A DNA stretch of 64,000 bases from the NCBI GenBank assembly GCA_003213095.1, contig QCNV01000002.1:6300-70299 (forward strand). The letters run 5' to 3'. This stretch comes from SAR202 cluster bacterium AG-426-M11 (GTDB taxonomy: Bacteria > Chloroflexota > Dehalococcoidia > Lucifugimonadales > UBA826). The notes beneath the pieces are model-generated. The model saw only the letters and a program-made list of their open reading frames with translations, made no database searches and was not told the origin of the DNA. Position numbers and translations under genes: made by a program. Numbering within the stretch: position 1 is the first letter of the stretch; every line of letters begins with the position of its first letter. Positions 56,869 to 64,000 of the stretch are shown piece by piece.

Positions 56869-58272
56869 TTACCAATTACGAATATCAACAAAATGGCCTT
56901 CAATTGCTGCTGCTGCTGCCATTTCAGGACTCACCAAATGAGTCCTTCCACCTTTTCCTTGCCTACCTTCAAAATTTCTATTAGAAGTCGACGCACATCT
57001 TTCCCCAGGCTGAAGAATATCAGGGTTCATTCCTAAACACATAGAGCATCCAGCTTCACGCCAATCAAATCCCGCTTCGGTCAAAATTTTATCTAGACCT
57101 TCATTCTCTGCTTGTCTTTTTACAGCCACAGATCCTGGCACTACCATTGCATACACATCATCACTAACTTTTTTTCCTTCAGCAATTTTTGCTACAGCCC
57201 GTAAATCCTCAATCCTAGAATTAGTACATGACCCAATAAATACTCTATCTATAAAAATATCTTCGAATTTGGTACCGGGTTCTAAATCCATATACTCTAA
57301 AGCTCTTTCTACAGATTCTTTTTCACTAGGATCATCATAATCCATAGGATTGGGTACTTCAGAATTAACGGGTAAAACCATTCCAGGGTTTGTTCCCCAT
57401 GTAACATGAGGTTCAATTTCACTACCTTTAATTATAATAACTTGATCGTATTTTGCGTCTTTGTCAGAAACTAATTGAGCCCATTTCTCAGTAGCGATAT
57501 CAAAATCAGTTCCTTGCGGAACAAATTCTTTCCCTTTCATATATTCAAAAGTTTTATGATCTGGTGCCACCATCCCGGCTCTAGCTCCTGCTTCTATGCT
57601 CATATTGCATACTGTCATGCGACCTTCCATTGAAAGAGATGTAATGGCTTCACCTGTATATTCAACAGCAAATCCTGTAGCACCCGCAGTCCCTATTTTT
57701 CCTATAATAGCCAAAATTATATCTTTAGCAGTAACCCCTTCCGAGACCGATCCTTCCACTCTGATTTCCATAGTTTTAGGTTTAAATTGTCTCAATGTTT
57801 GAGTTGCCAAAACATGTTCCACTTCAGATGTACCTATTCCCATAGCAAATGCACCAAAAGCACCATGAGTAGAAGTATGACTATCACCACAAACAATAAT
57901 TTTCCCAGGTTGGGTATGCCCTTGTTCAGGTCCAATTACATGGACTATACCTTGCATAGCACTAAATCTATCATATAAAGTGACTCCAAATTCATCACAA
58001 TTATTAGACAAAGTATCCAGTTGCTGTTGTGCAATAGGATCAGTAATAGGCAAAGACAAATCCCATGTAGGGGTATTATGGTCAGCGACAGCAACGGTCA
58101 AATCTGGCCTTCTAACTTTACGACCTGACATCCTTAAACCATCAAAAGCCTGAGGTGAAGTTACTTCGTGCACCAAATGTAAATCAACATACAACAGTGA
58201 AGGCTTACCTTCTTCTTCTTTGATGACATGTGAATCCCAAATTTTTTCAAATAATGTGCGAGGCCTCATCAA
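56869..58272 (-). CDS. leuC: 3-isopropylmalate dehydratase large subunit
   Basis: 'CGDSHT', 'GSCTNSR', 'CSMCLGMN', '[10 protein letters not shown]'. Confidence 0.95.
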   Translation of the reverse strand: MMRPRTLFEKIWDSHVIKEEEGKPSLLYVDLHLVHEVTSPQAFDGLRMSGRKVRRPDLTVAVADHNTPTWDLSLPITDPIAQQQLDTLSNNCDEFGVTLYDRFSAMQGIVHVIGPEQGHTQPGKIIVCGDSHTSTHGAFGAFAMGIGTSEVEHVLATQTLRQFKPKTMEIRVEGSVSEGVTAKDIILAIIGKIGTAGATGFAVEYTGEAITSLSMEGRMTVCNMSIEAGARAGMVAPDHKTFEYMKGKEFVPQGTDFDIATEKWAQLVSDKDAKYDQVIIIKGSEIEPHVTWGTNPGMVLPVNSEVPNPMDYDDPSEKESVERALEYMDLEPGTKFEDIFIDRVFIGSCTNSRIEDLRAVAKIAEGKKVSDDVYAMVVPGSVAVKRQAENEGLDKILTEAGFDWREAGCSMCLGMNPDILQPGERCASTSNRNFEGRQGKGGRTHLVSPEMAAAAAIEGHFVDIRNW

Positions 58273-58287
58273 TTAAATACTCCTTAT

Positions 58288-59826
58288 TTAATCTTGAAAT
58301 TTTTCATCTATACTTACAGCTCTATTCAAAGCATTCATATAAGCTTTAGCGCTAGCTACGATAATATCAGTATCACTTCCTCTACCAACAAAAATATTCT
58401 CATCTTTTTCTATTCTAATAGTCACATCACCGATAGCATCTATACCTTCAGTAACAGAATCAACTCTAAATTCTGTAAGAACATTTTCAACAGCTATAAT
58501 TCGATTAATTGCTTGGTATACAGCATCTACTGGGCCAGTGCCTGTAGCAGCATCAGTAAACTCAGTTCCATCTCGATCAATTAATTTGACAGTAGCAGTG
58601 GGTATACCTTGATCACCTGTTGATACTTGGACATGTTGCAATTGATATAAATTAGGGACATCAGAAGTTCGTCTAGAATTAGACATCAAAGCTTCTAAAT
58701 CTTGATCATTAATTTCTCTTTTTCTATCAGCTAAAAGCTTAAATTCTTCAAAAACTTCACTTAGCTCTTCTTGATCTAAATGAAATCCTAACTCTTCAAG
58801 CCGAGAACGCAAGCCTGCCCTACCGCTTAATTTACCCAAAACTAATGAATTACTTGGCCATCCTACTTTTTGGGGATCAATCAATTCAAAAGTAGTTTTA
58901 TCCTTAAGAACTCCATCTTGATGTATCCCTGAAGCATGACGAAATGCGTTGGCTCCAACAATTGCTTTATTTGGCTGAACGGGAAAGCCTGTAATGTCAC
59001 TTACCAGTCTACTAGTTCTATAAATTTGTGTAGTGTCAATATCAGTAGATACATTAAACAAATCTTCTCTTGTATCAATAGCCATGATGATTTCTTCCAA
59101 AGAAGCATTCCCAGCCCTCTCTCCTAAACCATTAATACAACCTTCTACTTGTCTTACACCAGAACCAATAGCAGCTAAACTATTTGCAACAGAAAGCCCT
59201 AAATCATTATGACAATGTACACTTAATACTGCTTTAGATATATTTGGAACATTAGATTTAATATCCTCTATTCTTTTTGCAAATTCTGAAGGAATCGTGT
59301 ATCCAACTGTATCAGCAATATTCACAGTCGTAGCACCAGCATCAATTACTGCTTCTAATAATTGATATAAATATTCAGGATCAGTTCTAGTAGCATCCAT
59401 AGGAGAAAACTCAACATCTTCGCAATATGATTTTGCCCTTTCTACAGAGGATACAGCGATGTCTAATACCTCTTCAGGATTTTTTCTAAGTTGATTCATT
59501 ATTTGAATATCTGAACTAGATATGAATACATGGATTCTAGGTGATTGTGCATCCTTTACACCTTCCCATGCTTTATCAACATCGTCTATATAACATCTAG
59601 CTAATGAGGCAATGATAGGTTTACGTACTTCGGAAGCAATAGTTTTAACTGCCTCTAAGTCTCCAGGAGAACTAGCAGCAAACCCAGCCTCAATAACATC
59701 AACTCCTAGCTTTTCTAATTGCTTAGCAATTTCTAGTTTTTCAGCAGTAGTCAAACCTATGCCTGCAGATTGCTCTCCATCTCTTAATGTAGTATCAAAA
59801 ATGATCACCTTATCTTTTCCCATCAT
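58288..59826 (-). CDS. leuA: 2-isopropylmalate synthase (LeuA/CimA family)
   Basis: 'FDTTLRDGEQS', 'HCHNDLGLSVAN', and a C-terminal LeuA-dimer regulatory domain. Confidence 0.9.
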   Translation of the reverse strand: MMGKDKVIIFDTTLRDGEQSAGIGLTTAEKLEIAKQLEKLGVDVIEAGFAASSPGDLEAVKTIASEVRKPIIASLARCYIDDVDKAWEGVKDAQSPRIHVFISSSDIQIMNQLRKNPEEVLDIAVSSVERAKSYCEDVEFSPMDATRTDPEYLYQLLEAVIDAGATTVNIADTVGYTIPSEFAKRIEDIKSNVPNISKAVLSVHCHNDLGLSVANSLAAIGSGVRQVEGCINGLGERAGNASLEEIIMAIDTREDLFNVSTDIDTTQIYRTSRLVSDITGFPVQPNKAIVGANAFRHASGIHQDGVLKDKTTFELIDPQKVGWPSNSLVLGKLSGRAGLRSRLEELGFHLDQEELSEVFEEFKLLADRKREINDQDLEALMSNSRRTSDVPNLYQLQHVQVSTGDQGIPTATVKLIDRDGTEFTDAATGTGPVDAVYQAINRIIAVENVLTEFRVDSVTEGIDAIGDVTIRIEKDENIFVGRGSDTDIIVASAKAYMNALNRAVSIDEKFQD

Positions 59827-59838
59827 AATCTCCTCTTA

Positions 59839-60837
59839 TTAGTCGGTATCAGCAAGAAAAGTCATCATTCCTCTAAGTTCTTTTCCAACTTTTTCAATCG
59901 GATGACCTGCATTTTCTTCCCTCAATTTGTTAAATGTATGCCGACCTTCATCGTTTTCAGCAATCCATTCTCTGGCAAAAGTACCGTCTTGAATCTGCGC
60001 CAAAACATTTTTCATGTTTGCTTTCACATTCTTATCCACTACTTGTGGACCTCTAGTGTAATCTCCATATTCGGCAGTATCACTAATAGAATATCGCATG
60101 TACTCCATACCACCTTCATAAAACAAATCAACAATCAATTTTAATTCATGCATACATTCAAAATATGCCGACTCAGGTTGATATCCTGCCTCTACTAAAG
60201 TCTCAAATGCTGCTTTAACTAGTTCAGCTACTCCACCACATAAAACTGCTTGCTCTCCAAACAAATCTGTTTCAGTTTCTTCCTTAAATGTAGTATCTAA
60301 AACTCCTGCTCTAGTACACCCAACACCTCTTGCGTAAGCTAACCCAATTTGATGTGCTTCTCCAGAAGCATCTTGATGGACTGCTAATAAGCCTGGTACT
60401 CCAGAATTTTTGGTGTAGACTTCTCTCATTCGATGACCAGGAGCTTTGGGGGCTACCATAGAAACATCTACTCCATTAGGAGCTACTATTGCTTCGTAAT
60501 GAATATTGAACCCATGTGCAAACATCAGGGTTTTTCCAGGTAGCATATGCTGTTGAATAGATTCTTTATAAACGCTTGCTTGTAAATGATCAGGAAGTAA
60601 CATCATAATCACATCAGATTTTTCAGCTACTTCTGAAACAATCGCTACTTCTAAATCATCACTTTCAGCTTTGGCCCAACTTTTACTTCCATCATACAAT
60701 CCAACCATCACATTCAAACCCGAATCTCTCAAATTCAAAGCATGTGCATGACCTTGGCTTCCATATCCAATAATCCCTATAATTTTATCTTCTAAAACAC
60801 TTAAATCCGCATCTGTTTCATAGTACATTTCTGCCAT
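59839..60837 (-). CDS. ilvC: Ketol-acid reductoisomerase
   Basis: '[13 protein letters not shown]', 'FAHGF', '[11 protein letters not shown]'. Confidence 0.95.
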   Translation of the reverse strand: MAEMYYETDADLSVLEDKIIGIIGYGSQGHAHALNLRDSGLNVMVGLYDGSKSWAKAESDDLEVAIVSEVAEKSDVIMMLLPDHLQASVYKESIQQHMLPGKTLMFAHGFNIHYEAIVAPNGVDVSMVAPKAPGHRMREVYTKNSGVPGLLAVHQDASGEAHQIGLAYARGVGCTRAGVLDTTFKEETETDLFGEQAVLCGGVAELVKAAFETLVEAGYQPESAYFECMHELKLIVDLFYEGGMEYMRYSISDTAEYGDYTRGPQVVDKNVKANMKNVLAQIQDGTFAREWIAENDEGRHTFNKLREENAGHPIEKVGKELRGMMTFLADTD

Positions 60838-60862
60838 TTCTTTACTCCTTAAATCTTATCAA

Positions 60863-61384
60863 TTAATTTTCTGGACCACTAAGAGACTCAAAGGCAACTC
60901 CTCTACTCATAGCCACCGTGCCTGTCCTCATGACTTCATGAACACCAAATGTAGCTAATAAATCTACTAAAGAATCTACTTTATCTTCATCTCCAGTCAC
61001 TTCTACCATCAATGTATCTTTAGAAACATCTACAATTTTTGCTCTAAAAATCTCTACTATCTGCATTATTTCTCCGCGATTAGAAACATCGGAATTGACT
61101 CTAATTAATGCTAATTCTCTAGAAACAGCATTTTCATCAGAAATATCTAGTACTTTAATAACTTCAACCAATTTATTTAAATTTTTAGCTACCATTTCAA
61201 CAGTTTTAGTATCACCTTGAACTACAAATGTCATCCTAGACAATCCTGATGTTTCACTTTGACCAACAGCTAGACTAGATATGTTATAACCTCTCCGGCG
61301 AAACATACTCGAAATCCGATTCAATACTCCAGGACGATCTTCAACCAATGCTGTAATTGTGTGCTTTTCAGAAAAAGAACTCAT
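60863..61384 (-). CDS. ilvN: Acetolactate synthase small (regulatory) subunit
   Basis: ACT domain 'HTITALVEDRPGVLNRISSMFRRRGYNISSL' plus the C-terminal ALS_ss_C domain. Confidence 0.92.
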   Translation of the reverse strand: MSSFSEKHTITALVEDRPGVLNRISSMFRRRGYNISSLAVGQSETSGLSRMTFVVQGDTKTVEMVAKNLNKLVEVIKVLDISDENAVSRELALIRVNSDVSNRGEIMQIVEIFRAKIVDVSKDTLMVEVTGDEDKVDSLVDLLATFGVHEVMRTGTVAMSRGVAFESLSGPEN

Positions 61385-63078
61385 TATGAAGTCACCTTTT
61401 GGTCAAGATTTTCTTCAATAATTTCATTAACTGTCATACCTGAAGGAATCATGGGATAAACATTGTCTTCTTGTTCAACAATAAAATCTATTAAAACTGG
61501 TCCATCGTGATCCATCGCCTCAGTAATAGCAGGTTTAACTTGAGTTTTATCAGTCACGCGAATTCCTTTAATTCCATATGCTTCTGCTAATTTCACGAAG
61601 TCTGGATTACCTGAATAACCTGTAGACACATATGAACTCTCAAAAAATATTTCTTGCCATTGACGAACCATTCCTAAAAATCCATTATTCAAAATAGCAA
61701 ATTTAACAGGAAGTCTGTTTTCAACAATCGTCGCTAGTTCAGACATAGTCATCTGAAATCCTCCATCTCCACAAATAGACCAAACTGTTGCATCAGGATC
61801 TGCAACTTGAGCACCCATAGCCGCAGGGACCTCATACCCCATAGTACCTGAACCCCCTGAAGTCAAAAAGGAGCACAGTTTTTTGAATCTATAATGTTGA
61901 GCTGCCCACATTTGATGTTGGCCTACTCCAGTAACTAAAGTAGCTTGACCATCAGTAATTTCTGAAATGTCTTTAATTACTTGGCGTGCCAATAACTTAT
62001 CAGTCTGAGGAAGCTTCAATGAAGGATGTTCTATTTTTAATTGATCAATTCTCTTTAACCATTCAGGATGAACCGATTCCTCAATAATAGGATTCAACTC
62101 TAGTAGTATTTCTTTTACGTCTCCCACAATAGGAACATCAACAGATATATTTTTTCCTATTTCTGAGGGATCAATATCAATATGAATTTTCCGAGAATTA
62201 ACAGCAAATTTCTGAGGATTACCTGTAATCCTGTCGTCAAACCTCATTCCTAAAGCAATTATTAAGTCAGCTTCATCTAAGGCTAAACTAGAGTATGCCA
62301 TCCCATGCATACCAGGCCATCCAGTCCAAAGAACATGATCTTCTGGAAAACAACTAATTCCCAAAAGAGTAGTTATTACAGGAATTTGGGCTTTCTCTGC
62401 TAAATTTCTCAGCTCATCATATGCTTTAGAAATAATTATTCCATGACCTGCTATAATCACTGGCTTTTCAGCTTGAGATATTAATTTTGCAGCTCTTTTG
62501 ATTTGGCGATTATTTCCTTTTATGCTAGGAGAATATCCAGGTAAATCAATAGACGGCTCATCAGAATAATCTACCTGCTGAATAAAAGCATCTCTAGGTA
62601 TATCCACAAGGACCGGACCTGGTCGTCCAGAATTAGCAATATAAAAGGCTTCTTTAATTGTGTCTGCTATATCTCTAGCATCCATAACTAAAAAATTATG
62701 TTTAGTTATAGGTAAGGTAATTCCAGTAATATCTGTTTCTTGAAATGCGTCAGTACCTAAAGTCCAACTATTAACTTGTCCTGTCACTATAACTAATGGA
62801 ACAGAATCCATCTGAGCTGAAGCAATTCCTGTCACTAAGTTCGTAGCACCAGGCCCAGATGTAGCAAATGCTACTCCTGGCTTTCCGGTAATTCGTGCAT
62901 ATGCATCTGCAGCTAAAGAAGCCCCCTGTTCATGCCTTACTAAAATATGCCTCAATTCCGGGTATTCAGGCAAAGTTTGATAAAGGGGCAAAATTGCTCC
63001 TCCAGGAATACCAAAAACCACATCACACCCCTCTCTTAACAAACTTTCGCAAACTATCTGTGACCCTTTTTTGATCAT
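61384..63078 (-). CDS. ilvB: Acetolactate synthase large subunit
   Basis: 'GIPGGAILP', 'SGPGATN', and the ThDP motif 'GDGGFQM...NNG'. The ATG at 63078 (after 'AGGGGA') is preferred over the adjacent TTG at 63081. Confidence 0.95.
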   Translation of the reverse strand: MIKKGSQIVCESLLREGCDVVFGIPGGAILPLYQTLPEYPELRHILVRHEQGASLAADAYARITGKPGVAFATSGPGATNLVTGIASAQMDSVPLVIVTGQVNSWTLGTDAFQETDITGITLPITKHNFLVMDARDIADTIKEAFYIANSGRPGPVLVDIPRDAFIQQVDYSDEPSIDLPGYSPSIKGNNRQIKRAAKLISQAEKPVIIAGHGIIISKAYDELRNLAEKAQIPVITTLLGISCFPEDHVLWTGWPGMHGMAYSSLALDEADLIIALGMRFDDRITGNPQKFAVNSRKIHIDIDPSEIGKNISVDVPIVGDVKEILLELNPIIEESVHPEWLKRIDQLKIEHPSLKLPQTDKLLARQVIKDISEITDGQATLVTGVGQHQMWAAQHYRFKKLCSFLTSGGSGTMGYEVPAAMGAQVADPDATVWSICGDGGFQMTMSELATIVENRLPVKFAILNNGFLGMVRQWQEIFFESSYVSTGYSGNPDFVKLAEAYGIKGIRVTDKTQVKPAITEAMDHDGPVLIDFIVEQEDNVYPMIPSGMTVNEIIEENLDQKVTS

Positions 63079-63121
63079 CAATTTCCCCTAATAAATATTA
63101 ATAAAATTTTTATTTTTTAAA

Positions 63122-63163
63122 CCCAAAAAATAATCCCGCCCAAATTTCATAAGGGACGGGATT
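63122..63163 (-). terminator. Intrinsic terminator of the T-box leader
   Basis: Minus-strand RNA forms AAUCCCGUCC...GGGCGGGAUU (10 bp, one G-U pair) followed by AUUUUUUGGG. The 5' arm can alternatively pair with the T-box as an antiterminator. Confidence 0.8.
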
Positions 63164-63360
63164 TAAATTGGTACATTTTCCCGCGGTACCACCCAAATTG
63201 TCATAAATGACCACTTAATTAAGCTTTTACGAAGCTAACGTCTAGATCTAATTATTCCTGTTCAAACTAGAAGCTCACGGGCGAGTTCACTGTTCAAGAT
63301 GTAAGGAGTTTCAGCCTTGCTCCTATTCTCTATAATATCTCTAAGTAGTTACTACTCCCG
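63122..63360 (-). promoter_or_regulatory. T-box riboswitch leader of the ilv-leu operon (candidate Leu CUC specifier)
   Basis: The minus strand reads AATTTGGGTGGTACCGCG (canonical T-box, 63181-63199). Stem I elements are present: 'AGTA', 'AGAGA' and distal loop 'GCTGAAA'. The specifier-loop context is 'GAA-CTC-G'. A terminator hairpin with U-run lies immediately 5' of ilvB. Confidence 0.85.
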
Positions 63361-63396
63361 GTCTAAGCAATTAAATTATTCAGTTTTAGGAGTGAA

Positions 63397-63426
63397 ATAT
63401 TAGCATTATCGCCACAATATGGTCAA
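63397..63426 (-). promoter_or_regulatory. Candidate sigma-70-type promoter for the T-box leader
   Basis: The minus strand reads TTGACC, then 18 nt ending in TGC, then TAATAT. This lies about 35 nt upstream of Stem I. Confidence 0.35.
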
Positions 63427-63525
63427 TAAAATTTAACAACATTTCAACACTGACTATAATTATCCAAGGCATCGCCAGCCAAGAATCTGTATTATAATAA
63501 TAATTATTGAGAGGTAATAAAGCAT

Positions 63526-64000
63526 ATGATTGACCACGACGTATTAATTATTGGCGCAGGATTAGCTGGATTGAGAGCAGCTCTTTCAGCAAAAGAAGCT
63601 GGAGCAGATGTAGCGGTAGTCACTAAAGTGCATCCTGTAAGAAGTCACTCAAACGCCGCTCAAGGAGGAATCAACGCAGCCTTAACTGATAGAGGTGATG
63701 ACTGGAGAGACCATGCATATGACACTATCAAAGGAAGCGATTTTCTCGGAGATCAAGACGCTATTGAAGTCATGTGTCGTGAAGCTGGTGATGAAGTTAT
63801 TTCCATGGAAAACATGGGAGCTATATTCAACAGGGATGAAAACGGTAAATTAGGAACAAGAAGTTTTGGCGGACAAAGAGAAGCTAGGACATTTTTTGTA
63901 GCTGACTTCACTGGACAAGCATTATTACATGTACTTTACGAACAAATTGTTAAAGCTGGAGCTTTTGTATACGAAGAATGGTTCGTACTTTCGCTCATAG
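63526..64000 (+). CDS. sdhA: Succinate dehydrogenase/fumarate reductase flavoprotein subunit, N-terminal part (runs off the window)
   Basis: 'VLIIGAGLAGLRAAL' FAD fold and 'RSHSNAAQGGINAAL' (covalent-FAD His region). The frame is open to base 64000. Confidence 0.9.
   Translation, partial: MIDHDVLIIGAGLAGLRAALSAKEAGADVAVVTKVHPVRSHSNAAQGGINAALTDRGDDWRDHAYDTIKGSDFLGDQDAIEVMCREAGDEVISMENMGAIFNRDENGKLGTRSFGGQREARTFFVADFTGQALLHVLYEQIVKAGAFVYEEWFVLSLI

Noticed and set aside
63100-63400. A structured, relatively GC-rich intergenic block. I first considered a small RNA gene (tmRNA, RNase P or SRP RNA) or a tRNA.
   Set aside because: The reverse complement contains the canonical T-box sequence, Stem I motifs and a terminator directly upstream of ilvB. 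It is a cis-acting T-box leader, not a free-standing RNA gene.

Overview
This is an AT-rich, extremely gene-dense chromosomal segment. My hand tally of the gaps between called genes gives about 1.9 kb non-coding in 64 kb. It looks like a streamlined, probably marine, monoderm-type bacterium. I saw no rRNA, tRNA, CRISPR array, transposase, integrase or phage genes.

Nearly everything is core metabolism or housekeeping:
- glyQS 3' end, sbcD, folK-folP
- an acyl-CoA carboxyltransferase, mdh, eno, gap, pdxS-pdxT, tmk
- thrC, glyA, rnc
- two glutamine synthetase paralogs followed by gltB-gltD
- ftsY, mutS, aroE, a family-4 uracil-DNA glycosylase, rnj, ftsK
- a T-box-controlled ilvB-ilvN-ilvC-leuA-leuC-leuD operon, and the 5' end of sdhA

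Lineage signals are mixed. A DUF2298/TIGR03663 pair, a T-box on the ilv-leu operon and MutS suggest Chloroflexota. A strongly MshA-like GT4, two GS paralogs and rnj-ftsK adjacency suggest Actinomycetota. I cannot resolve this without a database search.

Most interesting items:
1. A tightly coupled four-gene membrane module at 35352-41985, with no known function for its two largest genes. It comprises a DUF2298 'YYY' protein, a TIGR03663 GT-C-like protein, a UPF0104 flippase-like protein and an FAD oxidoreductase.
2. An FdsG/FdsB/FdsA-like (NuoEFG-like) trio whose molybdopterin subunit lacks the formate-dehydrogenase Cys/Sec-His dyad.
3. A thrC-coupled cluster of a FemAB-like transferase and an MshA-like glycosyltransferase, flanked by a convergent tandem GNAT and a PHP phosphatase.
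4. A biotin-carrier-like protein whose biotinyl-lysine is replaced by Asn.
5. A uracil-DNA glycosylase whose conserved N-terminus lies upstream of any canonical start codon.

All homology calls come from motif recognition by eye. No searches were run.
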